From a virus (lineage: Duplodnaviria; Heunggongvirae; Uroviricota; Caudoviricetes), in the IMG/VR virus record IMGVR_UViG_3300042870_001427, positions 36,147 through 100,146 of that record: a DNA stretch of 64,000 nucleotides. The stretch is one strand, 5' to 3'. The first letter of the stretch is position 1, and each line of letters starts with the position of its first letter. The notes under the pieces were generated by a model. It saw nothing but the letters and a program-made list of their open reading frames with translations, did no database searches and was not told the DNA's origin. Position numbers and translations under genes: made by a program. Below are positions 1 to 9,286 of the stretch, piece by piece.

Positions 1-10
1 GATAGTTACT

Positions 11-283
11 ATGTCTGTAAGTACGGAGTTTTTGAAAATGGCAAAGAAAAGTAGCAGCGGTGTTCCTTACGTTATCCCATCAGGAAAGCCTACATATAAT
101 TTCGTAAAAGATGCAATAAATATCAAGGTATACTACAATAGCAAACTTGTAGAGATATTTCAGACTGCATCAGGTCATACCCAGCGTATGACTATGAATC
201 ATAACGATTACGAAAATTTTGAGAATAGACTAAAGAATAACGGATTTAAACCACTGGCGTTAGTTCAACGGACAGAACAGTAG
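11..283 (+). CDS. hypothetical protein (3' end overlaps tRNA-Arg)
   Basis: 90 aa ORF; no RBS visible at the window edge. Confidence 0.5.
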   Translation: MSVSTEFLKMAKKSSSGVPYVIPSGKPTYNFVKDAINIKVYYNSKLVEIFQTASGHTQRMTMNHNDYENFENRLKNNGFKPLALVQRTEQ

Positions 284-328
284 CCTTCTAAGCTATTAAT
301 AGAGGTTCGATTCCTCTACGCCGGACCA
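254..328 (+). tRNA. tRNA-Arg(UCU)
   Basis: Acceptor CTGGCGT/ACGCCGG, anticodon arm GTAGC-CTTCTAA-GCTAT, T loop TTCGATT, encoded CCA. Confidence 0.93.
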
Positions 329-334
329 TATATC

Positions 335-544
335 ATGCAAACATATCGTAAACATCCTACCTTCAATGTTAAGGAAAACGTTATACTTTTCAATAAGATT
401 ACCAGTGATTCGTTTATTGGTGACATCGTAAACGAAGACGAAATTGAAGGTCGTCAATACTGGGTATTTTATTCTTACAATCGTCCTAAAAGCCGTTTAC
501 TAATGGCTAAGGACTCCTATACAATAACTAAAGCTAAGAAATAG
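335..544 (+). CDS. hypothetical protein
   Basis: 69 aa ORF filling the gap between the tRNA and a promoter. Confidence 0.6.
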   Translation: MQTYRKHPTFNVKENVILFNKITSDSFIGDIVNEDEIEGRQYWVFYSYNRPKSRLLMAKDSYTITKAKK

Positions 545-573
545 TTGATTTTAACTACGAACTAAGCTATCAT
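545..573 (+). promoter_or_regulatory. sigma70-type early promoter
   Basis: TTGATT-N17-TATCAT. Confidence 0.65.
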
Positions 574-615
574 CGAGACTGCCTAAAGGCAAACATTTAT
601 TATGAAAGGTAAATT

Positions 616-870
616 ATGAACCAAAAATCTAAACTACGTAAGGCTTTCTTCGAAGGCCGTTCTTTGACTGCCAAGCAAATTACCGCCCAGTTCGGTATTG
701 CATCTCCTGGCAAGGTCGTCAGCCTTCTTCGTATGGAAGATGGCTTGCCAATCTATAACGACCGTAGCGTCGATACCAAAGGCCGTGTAACCAACAAGTA
801 CCACATGGGTACTCCAAGCCGCAAGATCATTGCTGCTGGCTACCGTGCACAAGCCCTGGGTCTTGTTTAA
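616..870 (+). CDS. small HTH-like protein of T4-like phages
   Basis: RBS AAAGG; LTAKQITAQFGI..VVSLLR helix-turn-helix pattern. Confidence 0.7.
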   Translation: MNQKSKLRKAFFEGRSLTAKQITAQFGIASPGKVVSLLRMEDGLPIYNDRSVDTKGRVTNKYHMGTPSRKIIAAGYRAQALGLV

Positions 871-892
871 TTTAGCGTAAGCTAGTATAATT

Positions 893-917
893 GGGGGACC
901 TAGTGTCCCCCTTTTTT
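893..917 (+). terminator. rho-independent terminator
   Basis: GGGGGAC-ctagt-GTCCCCC followed by T6. Confidence 0.85.
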
Positions 918-921
918 ATGG

Positions 922-1221
922 ATGTATATGGATAATAATATTCAACTTAGAGAAGCAGCCCCTCTTGATACCCCCGAAGGTCGTCAGTGGTTAATTGATA
1001 TGCTTAAGATAGGACCTGCAAGTATTTCCTTTATAAAAGCAGATGGTACCAAACGTATCATGCTCTGCACACTACAGGAAGATGTAGTACCAGTTGTAGA
1101 AAAGAAAACAGATAAGGTTAAGACTGTTAGCACCGAGGTACTTCCAGTTTATGACCTTGAGGCAAAAGGCTGGAGATCGTTCCGCCTAGATAGCATATTG
1201 ACAGTTACTTTTGATTTGTAA
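922..1221 (+). CDS. WYL_2/DUF2693-like SH3 beta-barrel protein
   Basis: F.KADGT.R.M.CTL ... VYDLEAKGWRSFR motif. Confidence 0.75.
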   Translation: MYMDNNIQLREAAPLDTPEGRQWLIDMLKIGPASISFIKADGTKRIMLCTLQEDVVPVVEKKTDKVKTVSTEVLPVYDLEAKGWRSFRLDSILTVTFDL

Positions 1222-1640
1222 TGAAAACAGGAATTACCTTTGGTGCGTTTGATCTTTGTCATACCGGTCACGTTCTTATGTTCGCCGAATGTAAGCAACT
1301 CTGTGACTATCTAATAGTAGGTCTACAAGTAGATCCTAGTTTAGAACGTAAAGAAAAAAACACCCCAGTACAATCGTTATACGAGCGCTATGTTCAGCTT
1401 AATGCAATTAAATACATTGATGAGATTATTCCTTATGCGTATGAGCATGAGATTATCCAAATACTACAATCACGCAGTCTTAATGTCCGCTTTGTGGGTA
1501 CTGATTACATTGATCGCGATTTTACTGGTAAAGACTGTTGCGTCAGCAGATCAATCGATCTATACTTTAACAATAGAGATCATGGATTCAGCACAACTGA
1601 ATTGAGGAAGAGAATTGAAAGTTCTAATAACCGGAAGTAG
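1221..1640 (+). CDS. cytidylyltransferase-family nucleotidyltransferase (TagD/RfaE-II-like)
   Basis: TFGAFDLCHTGH (HIGH-like), ERYVQL..IKYIDEI, RDHGFSTTELR. Confidence 0.85.
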   Translation: MKTGITFGAFDLCHTGHVLMFAECKQLCDYLIVGLQVDPSLERKEKNTPVQSLYERYVQLNAIKYIDEIIPYAYEHEIIQILQSRSLNVRFVGTDYIDRDFTGKDCCVSRSIDLYFNNRDHGFSTTELRKRIESSNNRK

Positions 1641-2589
1641 AGGTTATATTGGCTCAGTACTGGCCAAAACCTTACATGAACAAAACATAATTCCTTTTGG
1701 AATAGATCATGACGGTAGACCGAATGGGTCAGCTATCTACGGCATGTTCTCAATTGGATGTATTACAGACGACTTGATCATTGAATGTATTATGGATCAA
1801 GGTATAGATACAATCTTCCACCTTGCCGCTTATGCCGATGTTGGTGATAGTGTAAAGCATCCCGCCTTGTACTATGAGAATAACATTGGCAAAACCTCTT
1901 TGATGCTGTTAAAGCTTCTCGAGAAAGGGTGGAGAGGTAAAATAATATTTTCTTCTACTGCTGCCGTATACAAAGAACAATCTATGCCAGTATACGAGGG
2001 TTGCGAGATAGGTTCCCCTAATCCATACGGTAAGAGTAAGTATGCATGCGAACAATTACTTCATGACATTAGTGCTGCCTACGACATACCGGTAGCTATT
2101 TTTAGATACTTTAACGTAGCAGGTGCATGGGATGATGTTGGCGATCATATTGACGCCAGCCATATTATCTCAAGACTGTGTGATAGTACGTATAATAAAA
2201 AACCATTTATGTTATATGGTACTGATAAGAACACCCCTGACGGTACGTGTATAAGAGACTATGTACATGTGAGGGACGTTTGCGATGCACACATACATGT
2301 GGCTAAATTCTTAGATCATGTGATTCCCAATGTGTGGACGTTTAACCTAGGTACTGGTGCCGGTCATTCAAACCTGGAAATCATTAAGGCGTTTGAAAGA
2401 TTTAGCGGTCATAAGCCAACTATTATTAATGGCCCCGGACGTGCCGGTGATCCAGATCATTTAGTAGCCGGCACCGTTAAATTTGTTAATCAAACGAAGT
2501 ATAGATATAATCATAGTAGTTTAGAGCAAATCATAACTACAGCATGGAATTATTATTGCAATAAAATGGAGTCACAAAATGGCATTTGA
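1615..2589 (+). CDS. galE: UDP-glucose 4-epimerase
   Basis: TGSRGYIGS, SSTAAVY, PYGKSK, RYFNVAG, DGTCIRDYVHVRD. Confidence 0.9.
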   Translation: MKVLITGSRGYIGSVLAKTLHEQNIIPFGIDHDGRPNGSAIYGMFSIGCITDDLIIECIMDQGIDTIFHLAAYADVGDSVKHPALYYENNIGKTSLMLLKLLEKGWRGKIIFSSTAAVYKEQSMPVYEGCEIGSPNPYGKSKYACEQLLHDISAAYDIPVAIFRYFNVAGAWDDVGDHIDASHIISRLCDSTYNKKPFMLYGTDKNTPDGTCIRDYVHVRDVCDAHIHVAKFLDHVIPNVWTFNLGTGAGHSNLEIIKAFERFSGHKPTIINGPGRAGDPDHLVAGTVKFVNQTKYRYNHSSLEQIITTAWNYYCNKMESQNGI

Positions 2590-3583
2590 TGAGAATGAGA
2601 TTTCCGCTAAGTCACAAGGCGGTACAGAGATGATGAAGCGTGGATTGGCCGAACGCCTTCCTAAAGAACTAACAGATGACTTTCAGATTATCTGTTCACG
2701 GGTTCGTGAAATAGAAGAAGAAAAGATTCGAGTATACTGGTTACATGATCTACCAGAAGATCCAGAAACCAACCACCTGACTGATGCAACAAGCCGGGAT
2801 AGGTTTCACAAGCACGTATTCTGCGGTCAATGGCAGTACTATCGTTACCAGCATATCCTAGGGATGCCGTACGATGAGAACAGTACAGTTATTGAGACTG
2901 CCATTGAGCCAATGCCAAGTGTGGTTAAGTCAAAGGATGAGATTAGACTAATCTATACATCAACCCCCCAGCGTGGACTGGCCCTATTGGTCCCTGTATT
3001 TGAAAAGCTAGCAGAAAAGTATGATAACATTTACCTAGATGTTTTCTCGAGCTTTAAGATCTATGGATGGGATCATGCCGACAAACAATTTGAACCTATC
3101 TTCGAACGCTGTCGTAACCATCCCCGTATTAACTATCATGCATACGCATCAAATGAGGTAGTAAGAGAGTCATTACTCAAAGCACACATTCATGCATACC
3201 CATCCATCTGGTTGGAATGTAATAGTCGTAGTGTTATCGAGGCTATGTCAGCTGGTGCCTTATGTGTACATCCTAACTACGGCGGTCTAATTGATACGTC
3301 TGGTGGTATGAACTTTATGTACCAAGGTAACAGTGATCCACAAAAGCATGTCAACACATTCTACCAGGTCATGGAGAATGCTATTGAGACCGTTAATACT
3401 GAACAGCTACAGACATACCTGCAATTGGTGAAGATGTATGCCGATAATAGATACAACTGGGGTAAGGTAACCCAGCAATGGGAAGACCTGCTTGTCGGTC
3501 TTAAGAAACAATACAGCACGGTTGAAAGCCGTAAACTAGCACCCTCAGGTCCTATCTTTTCCTATGATACCAACCGTCGATGA
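2579..3583 (+). CDS. glycosyltransferase, GT-B/GT4-like
   Basis: YTSTPQRGL; AYPSIWLECNSRSVIEAMSAG motif. Confidence 0.8.
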   Translation: MAFDENEISAKSQGGTEMMKRGLAERLPKELTDDFQIICSRVREIEEEKIRVYWLHDLPEDPETNHLTDATSRDRFHKHVFCGQWQYYRYQHILGMPYDENSTVIETAIEPMPSVVKSKDEIRLIYTSTPQRGLALLVPVFEKLAEKYDNIYLDVFSSFKIYGWDHADKQFEPIFERCRNHPRINYHAYASNEVVRESLLKAHIHAYPSIWLECNSRSVIEAMSAGALCVHPNYGGLIDTSGGMNFMYQGNSDPQKHVNTFYQVMENAIETVNTEQLQTYLQLVKMYADNRYNWGKVTQQWEDLLVGLKKQYSTVESRKLAPSGPIFSYDTNRR

Positions 3584-4560
3584 TCTTAACTAGAACACCC
3601 CTACGGGTTAGTCTCTTTGGTGGTGGGAGTGACATACCATCCTACTACGAAAGAGAGCCCGGTAGAGTACTGTCATTTACTATTGACAAGTACATGTACA
3701 TTGCCCTGTGTCGTACTGCCTTTAAGGGTGTGAAGGTGGTATACAATGAGGTTGAGCTTGCCGATTCAGTAAGTAGTGTTAAGCATTCAAGAGTAAGAGA
3801 ATGTCTGCGTGGATTTGGTATATCATCACACGTTGAAATTAGTTCTTTTTGTGAGATACCAACCAAGGGTACAGGTCTAGGATCTTCATCAACATTTACT
3901 GTTGGTTTAATTAACGCATTATCTAATCTGTTAAACATGCCCATGGGTAAGTATGATATCGCAAACCTTGCCTGCTTAATAGAGATAGAATCATGTAAGG
4001 AACCGATAGGTAAACAAGATCAGTTTGCTGCTGCATTTGGTGGTGCTAATGTATTTGGATTTCACAAAGACGGAGTACTGATAGTTAAACCTGCAGTGTC
4101 AAATGTAATCATAGAACGTCTCAATAACAATCTCATGATGTTCTATACCGGGCTAACAAGAAATACTTCTGATATCTTAAGTGTACAGAGTAAGAGTAAG
4201 ACCAATGACTCATTGCTTAAGAGAATGGTAGGTATGACTATAGATGCAGAGATTGCACTTGAGTTAGGTAACTTAGATGATATCGGTGAAATGTTAGATG
4301 AGGGGTGGCAATTAAAGCGTCAACTAGCGTATAATGTATCTAACGACTTCATCGATATGCATTATAAGAAAGCAATGCAGGCTGGAGCCCTTGGTGGTAA
4401 AATACTAGGGGCCGGTGGTGGTGGGTACTTACTGTTCTATGTGCCTTTGGATAAACAAGAGGCAGTAAGACAGTCGTTGAGTAACTTGGAAGAGTTTAAA
4501 TTTAAATTTGAGGATACTGGTACTACAGTAGTATATAATGAAAGCAAGCGAACACTTTAA
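3580..4560 (+). CDS. hddA: D-glycero-alpha-D-manno-heptose-7-phosphate kinase (GHMP)
   Basis: RTPLRVSLFGGGSD, PTKGTGLGSSS, IGKQDQ, GGKILGAGGGG. Confidence 0.88.
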   Translation: MILTRTPLRVSLFGGGSDIPSYYEREPGRVLSFTIDKYMYIALCRTAFKGVKVVYNEVELADSVSSVKHSRVRECLRGFGISSHVEISSFCEIPTKGTGLGSSSTFTVGLINALSNLLNMPMGKYDIANLACLIEIESCKEPIGKQDQFAAAFGGANVFGFHKDGVLIVKPAVSNVIIERLNNNLMMFYTGLTRNTSDILSVQSKSKTNDSLLKRMVGMTIDAEIALELGNLDDIGEMLDEGWQLKRQLAYNVSNDFIDMHYKKAMQAGALGGKILGAGGGGYLLFYVPLDKQEAVRQSLSNLEEFKFKFEDTGTTVVYNESKRTL

Positions 4561-5125
4561 AGAGTATGTAACACAACTTATTGACGGTCTGGTTGAACTC
4601 GATAAGAAGAATCTAGATCTAGCAGTAGATGAGTTGGTGGCAGCTTATGCAAATGGCAAGAACGTCTTTGTATGTGGTAATGGAGGATCGGCTGCTATAA
4701 GTGAGCACTTTACCTGCGACCATTCCAAGGGCGTATGTTTTGATACTGGTATGCTTCCACAGGTTCAGTCTCTCTCGTCTAATATGTCTTTAGTTACTGC
4801 TATTGCAAACGACATGGGATACGAGAAAGTATTCTCCTACCAACTTAACATGAAGGCAAACGAGGGAGACGTTTTAGTTGTAGTATCTAGTAGTGGTAAT
4901 TCACCAAACATTGTTGAGGTGTTGAGAGTTGCCAAGCTCAAGAAACTATCAACCATTGCCCTGGTTGGATTCGACGGCGGTGAGGCTAAAGAACTTGCCG
5001 ACATCGTTCTACATGTTAAAAATAATAATTATGGTGTAGTAGAAGATGCCCATCAGGCAATCATGCACATCATGGCCCAGTCAATCAGACTATCGTACCT
5101 AAATAGATTCACTATTAAACTATAA
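4538..5125 (+). CDS. gmhA: phosphoheptose isomerase (SIS domain)
   Basis: CGNGGSAA, TAIAND.GYE.VF..Q, SSSGNSPN, VVEDAH. Confidence 0.88.
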   Translation: MKASEHFKEYVTQLIDGLVELDKKNLDLAVDELVAAYANGKNVFVCGNGGSAAISEHFTCDHSKGVCFDTGMLPQVQSLSSNMSLVTAIANDMGYEKVFSYQLNMKANEGDVLVVVSSSGNSPNIVEVLRVAKLKKLSTIALVGFDGGEAKELADIVLHVKNNNYGVVEDAHQAIMHIMAQSIRLSYLNRFTIKL

Positions 5126-5131
5126 CATGTT

Positions 5132-5986
5132 ATGATACTACTTGACTTTAACCAGGTTTGTATTGCTAACCTAATGGCGCAATTAGGTAATCATACGAAT
5201 ACTGAAATAGAAGAAAATCTTCTTAGACATATGGTACTTAATACCATCAGGTCTTTGAGATCAAAATTCTGTGAGGAATATGGCGAACTTATCATCTGCT
5301 GTGATGATAAGAAGGTGTGGCGCAAAGAGGTGTTTAAGTACTACAAAGCCAATAGAAAGAAGGCTCGTGAAGAGTCTGAACTCGATTGGAACGCAGTATT
5401 CAATGCACTCAATCATATCAAGGCAGAGCTTAAAGAATTCTTCCCATACAGAGTTGTACAGATTGAGGGTGCCGAGGCAGATGATGTTATTGGCGCTATT
5501 ACTATTGCCAACGGTAATATGCTAAATACTGGTGAGAAGATCCTTATTCTCTCTGGGGATAAAGACTTCGGACAGTTACAAGTTTTTGGTAACGTTAAAC
5601 AGTATGATCCTGTCAGAAAAAAAGATATTAAGCATGCAGACCCTGTCAAGTTCACTAGAGAACTTATCCTAAAGGGTGACATAGGGGATGGTATTCCTAA
5701 CATACTTTCACCAGATGACTGCCTTGTTAACAAGGTCAGGCAAAAGCCTATGCGGCTTGAAAAATACTCCCATCTTAGAAACCCCCGTCAAGAGCTCAAA
5801 GAAGAGCAGCTCCGTAACTGGATTCGTAACGAACAACTCATTGATCTTACATTCATTCCAGAAGACATTCAAAACAAGATTCTCCAATTATATGAAAGTG
5901 AAGCAGGCAAGGGTCGCTCCAAGCTCTTTAACTACTTTGTGTCCCATAAACTTAAATTATTAATTGAAAGTATAAATGAGTTTTAA
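5132..5986 (+). CDS. rnh: T4-type RNase H / 5'-3' exonuclease
   Basis: MILLDFNQ, YKANRKK, EADDVIG, SGDKDFGQL, GDIGDGIPN. Confidence 0.93.
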   Translation: MILLDFNQVCIANLMAQLGNHTNTEIEENLLRHMVLNTIRSLRSKFCEEYGELIICCDDKKVWRKEVFKYYKANRKKAREESELDWNAVFNALNHIKAELKEFFPYRVVQIEGAEADDVIGAITIANGNMLNTGEKILILSGDKDFGQLQVFGNVKQYDPVRKKDIKHADPVKFTRELILKGDIGDGIPNILSPDDCLVNKVRQKPMRLEKYSHLRNPRQELKEEQLRNWIRNEQLIDLTFIPEDIQNKILQLYESEAGKGRSKLFNYFVSHKLKLLIESINEF

Positions 5987-6415
5987 ATGAAAAAATCGTT
6001 ATATGAAGTCTTGGAGGAATGCTCCAAAGGTAAAAATGTTGAAGAGAGAGTTGCGCTTTTGCAAAAGAATGGGACAGCTCCAATCCAAACTATCCTGCAA
6101 TATGCACTTGACCCGCGTATTAAGTTTCTACTACCTGATACCGATCCCCCTTATAAGCCTACTGATTTCCTTGACCAAGAAAATCGATTGTATAGTGAAC
6201 TCAGAAGACTATATCTCTTCATCGAGGGTGGTAACCCTAACTTAACCAAGCTGAAAAGAGAAAACCTATTCATTCAGCTTCTAGAATCTATTGATAAGAA
6301 TGATGCAGTACTCTTGTGTCATGTCAAGAATAAGACCCTACCCTTTAAAGAACTTACTGCAAAGGTGGTAAGAAAAGCATTTCCTGAATTATTGCCAGAG
6401 GAGATTAAGCAGTAA
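5987..6415 (+). CDS. conserved T4-like hypothetical protein (DUF6433-like)
   Basis: LP.TDPPYKP ... KRENLFIQLLESID motif; usual position after rnh. Confidence 0.75.
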   Translation: MKKSLYEVLEECSKGKNVEERVALLQKNGTAPIQTILQYALDPRIKFLLPDTDPPYKPTDFLDQENRLYSELRRLYLFIEGGNPNLTKLKRENLFIQLLESIDKNDAVLLCHVKNKTLPFKELTAKVVRKAFPELLPEEIKQ

Positions 6416-6419
6416 GAAA

Positions 6420-6596
6420 ATGAGTAAAACTTTAAAAAAGAACGTTAAGCGTTCATCTAATAATGTTTTCGAAGACGGTTATCATACAAAACAAAAAACA
6501 CGGGCTGTTGAGAATAGAAAGCAGCTTAAACAATTTGAGAACGCGCTTAGGTCGCGCGATCTTAAAAAAATCTTAATTTATGAGGACCAGCTGTAA
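6420..6596 (+). CDS. hypothetical protein, 58 aa (below the ORF-track cutoff)
   Basis: MSKTLKKNVKRSS...YEDQL; TAATG coupling to the next gene. Confidence 0.6.
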   Translation: MSKTLKKNVKRSSNNVFEDGYHTKQKTRAVENRKQLKQFENALRSRDLKKILIYEDQL

Positions 6597-6832
6597 TGCC
6601 ATATTACATTTTTAGAGATATTAATACAGAAGAAACTTTTGAGAAGCTGATGAAGATCTCTGAGCTGGATCAATATAAGTTAGATAACCCGCACCTACAA
6701 ACTGTTCCTCAAGCCCCCGGTTTTAGTGATCCAGTTAGACTTGGTCGCTTAAAACCTTCAGATGGGTTTAGGGATGTTTTACAAAAAGTTAAACAGGGCA
6801 GTCCTAGGAGTAGAATTAACACTTACAAGTAA
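6596..6832 (+). CDS. FmdB-like small protein of T4-like phages
   Basis: MPYYIF..TEETFEKLMKISELDQYKLDNPHL; KPSDGFRDVL. Confidence 0.7.
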   Translation: MPYYIFRDINTEETFEKLMKISELDQYKLDNPHLQTVPQAPGFSDPVRLGRLKPSDGFRDVLQKVKQGSPRSRINTYK

Positions 6833-6841
6833 AGGGTCTTA

Positions 6842-7612
6842 ATGAGCAAAGCAGCAAGAAGAAATATAAGAGCGCTCAAGGAAACAGGAGTAGTTTTAGA
6901 TTTTGAACCAAAGCAAACTAAAACAAATCTGTCATTAAAAGAAATTGAACCTTTAACGGAGAACCAAAACCTAACTTTCAAAGCTTTCGATAAGAACAAG
7001 AACATTTTGCTGCATGGACTTGCAGGTACAGGAAAGACATTTATTTCCATGTACCTAGGTTTGAAAGAGGTATTAGAGAGGGGTAGTAGATATAAGAAAG
7101 TATTGATCATACGATCAGTTGTACCTACCAGGGACATGGGATTTTTACCTGGTAATACAAAAGAGAAGACAAAGGTATATGAGGCACCTTACTATGCCAT
7201 ATGCTCCGAACTCTTTGGTAGAGGTGATTCTTATGAAATACTTAAGTCAAGAAACGTCGTTGACTTTATATCAACCTCTTTCATTCGTGGATTAACCATC
7301 AACAATACGATTATAATTGTTGATGAGATTAATAACATGACCTTCCACGAATTGGATAGTGTTATAACTAGGATGGGTCACAATTGCAAACTCATGCTTT
7401 GCGGTGACTTTAGACAAAGCGACTTAACCAAGTCAAGTGATAGAAGTGGACTTCCCCACTTCATGAGAATTTTAGATAGGATGGGTAATTTTGAACATGT
7501 TGAATTCCAAGAAGACGACATTGTCAGATCCGGTCTTGTCAAGGAGTATATAATTGCTAAAGACCGACTTGGCTATTCGTCAGGAACCCTTCAAGTATCA
7601 GCATTTGCCTGA
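6842..7612 (+). CDS. phoH: PhoH-family ATPase
   Basis: GLAGTGKT, RDMGFLPG, SFIRGLT, IIVDE, GDFRQSDL. Confidence 0.93.
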   Translation: MSKAARRNIRALKETGVVLDFEPKQTKTNLSLKEIEPLTENQNLTFKAFDKNKNILLHGLAGTGKTFISMYLGLKEVLERGSRYKKVLIIRSVVPTRDMGFLPGNTKEKTKVYEAPYYAICSELFGRGDSYEILKSRNVVDFISTSFIRGLTINNTIIIVDEINNMTFHELDSVITRMGHNCKLMLCGDFRQSDLTKSSDRSGLPHFMRILDRMGNFEHVEFQEDDIVRSGLVKEYIIAKDRLGYSSGTLQVSAFA

Positions 7613-8240
7613 ACATGATCTAAAGACTGTATACAGGGACGGGAAGAGATACTACGATGTAGATGGTGATCTCTTTCCCTCCGTAACCACCGTTCTTTCC
7701 TCATTACCTAAACCCGGGCTTGATGCCTGGAAACAAAAAGTAGGTCACGCCGAAGCCACCCGTATTATGACGGAGGCGGCCACAAGAGGTACCAAGGCCC
7801 ACAAGATGTGGGAGGAGTATCTTCGTAACGATGTTGACTTTGCAAAAGGTATGATGCCTACGTCTATCATGCTTTTTAAACAACTTCAGCCCTGGCTAGA
7901 CCGGAACATTGATTTCCTGTATGGCAATGAGATCGCTTTGTTCTCCAAGGCTCTCCGTACTGCCGGCAGGTGTGATGCCATTGCATCCGTTAACGGGCGT
8001 CCGGCAATCGTAGACTTCAAGACATCTACCAATCCAAAGAAAGAAGAATGGATTGAGACATACTTTTATCAGGTTACGGCTTATGCTATAATGGTGGAGG
8101 AGATGTACGGTATAGTGGTCGAAGACGCATACATCCTTATTGCCGTTGCCGATGGGTCACCTCAGAGTTTCCCCATCAGGACCAGACATTACAAAACAAA
8201 AGTAAAAGGCATATTTAATAGTTACATTACTAACAGTTGA
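7554..8240 (+). CDS. PD-(D/E)XK Cas4/RecB-like exonuclease
   Basis: PSVTTVLS, AATRGT..H, AGRCD, IVDFKTS, YFYQ..AYA. Confidence 0.88.
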   Translation: MLKTDLAIRQEPFKYQHLPEHDLKTVYRDGKRYYDVDGDLFPSVTTVLSSLPKPGLDAWKQKVGHAEATRIMTEAATRGTKAHKMWEEYLRNDVDFAKGMMPTSIMLFKQLQPWLDRNIDFLYGNEIALFSKALRTAGRCDAIASVNGRPAIVDFKTSTNPKKEEWIETYFYQVTAYAIMVEEMYGIVVEDAYILIAVADGSPQSFPIRTRHYKTKVKGIFNSYITNS

Positions 8241-8265
8241 CTTAATTTACGTGTCCTTGTATAAT
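8237..8265 (+). promoter_or_regulatory. sigma70 consensus promoter
   Basis: TTGACT-N17-TATAAT. Confidence 0.85.
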
Positions 8266-8289
8266 TGAAAAACATTAAGAAAGGATGCT

Positions 8290-8775
8290 ATGATAGCAAC
8301 TGATAAATTGATGACCAAGCTCGATTTGAGTAAGGGAATGTCTGTTAACCGTGCCATTGTACAAACCAGTGAGTACATCGATAGTCAATCTGATCCCCTA
8401 AAGGTTTCAAATTCTATCCTTAAGACTCTAGGTATGTCAGGGTTCAGTTATACAGAGCCTTCACAGGCAAAGATCATGGCTTTGGCCTCGATTGAGCAGG
8501 TGTTGTTGATGGAGGTATTTGATCCTAGTAAGGCTGAAGAAATAGCTATTACAAAGTTCGAACGTATCCTAAAGAGAATGCCTTATGCAGTCAAGGGTAC
8601 AGCGGTATCAAAGGCTCGTAAAGGCTCAAAGAGAGAGGTTGCTCGTCAGATCTACTTAGAGAATAAGGGAAAAGACGAGAAGGAAATAATTGCAATAGTT
8701 TCCAAAGAAATGGAAGTAACTTTGCAAAACGCGTATACATACATATATCTAGTTAAGAAAGACTTAAAGTCGTAA
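8290..8775 (+). CDS. hypothetical protein with C-terminal HTH-like region
   Basis: 161 aa, RBS AAGGA; C-terminus resembles the 18112 ORF. Confidence 0.7.
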   Translation: MIATDKLMTKLDLSKGMSVNRAIVQTSEYIDSQSDPLKVSNSILKTLGMSGFSYTEPSQAKIMALASIEQVLLMEVFDPSKAEEIAITKFERILKRMPYAVKGTAVSKARKGSKREVARQIYLENKGKDEKEIIAIVSKEMEVTLQNAYTYIYLVKKDLKS

Positions 8776-8780
8776 GATAG

Positions 8781-8809
8781 TTGACTTTATTAGCTACATA
8801 TAGTATAAT
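8781..8809 (+). promoter_or_regulatory. sigma70 promoter of the tRNA array
   Basis: TTGACT-N17-TATAAT. Confidence 0.85.
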
Positions 8810-8837
8810 ACAAACATGTTAAGGATAAAAGGTATAA

Positions 8838-8933
8838 ATGCTCAGTTGTAATCAACGATCAGAATCAATTAATTGGAATCATCTATCCGATGAGGCCGGT
8901 TATCCTTTTATCTCGGGGTCTTGTAAGTTGTAA
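8838..8933 (+). CDS. putative attenuator leader peptide (31 aa)
   Basis: MLSCNQRSESINWNHLSDEAGYPFISGSCKL; AAAAGG 5 nt upstream; its end covers the antiterminator arm. Confidence 0.55.
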   Translation: MLSCNQRSESINWNHLSDEAGYPFISGSCKL

Positions 8934-8988
8934 TCGTACAGCTTATCCCAACAAGACCCCAGGCCTAAACACCCTGGGGTTCTTTTTT
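8915..8988 (+). promoter_or_regulatory. antiterminator/terminator switch
   Basis: GGGGTCTTGT (8915-24) is a perfect complement of ACAAGACCCC (8951-60), which overlaps the terminator ACCCCAGG/CCTGGGGT-TCTTTTTT (8956-88). Confidence 0.8.
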
Positions 8989-9015
8989 GCTCTTTTAAAA
9001 TTTAAGCAGGTATTT

Positions 9016-9090
9016 GCACCTATCGTCTATCGGTTAGGACGCTGCCCTTTCAAGGCGGAAAGAGGAGTTCGATTCTCCTTAGGTGTACCA
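9016..9090 (+). tRNA. tRNA-Glu(UUC)
   Basis: CTGCC-CTTTCAA-GGCGG; cloverleaf; CCA. Confidence 0.93.
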
Positions 9091-9200
9091 TATTAGAATA
9101 CATTTCAGGTTGAGTTAGATTCGCGGTCTAACTATTTGGGAAGAAAGACGGTGGAGATATCTGCCAAACACTTCTAAGATACGAAGTGTGTTCTAATATG
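9089..9200 (+). ncRNA. post-CCA long-stem element, family II copy 1
   Basis: 18-bp terminal stem CATATTAGAATACATTTC/GAAGTGTGTTCTAATATG. Confidence 0.6.
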
Positions 9201-9205
9201 ATAAT

Positions 9206-9281
9206 GTAGGTGTGACCCGAAAGGCTAGGGAGCAGATTGCAAATCTGTTATATGCAGGTTCAACTCCTGTCACCTACTCCA
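9206..9281 (+). tRNA. tRNA-Cys(GCA)
   Basis: GCAGA-TTGCAAA-TCTGT; U73; CCA. Confidence 0.92.
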
Positions 9282-9286
9282 GATAC

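Noticed and set aside
7554-8240. Cas4-like nuclease as part of a CRISPR system
   Set aside because: This is the standalone exonuclease routinely found next to phoH in T4-like phages; no array or other cas genes.
8890-9096. 68 aa ORF from the track
   Set aside because: It runs through the terminator and tRNA-Glu and has no RBS.
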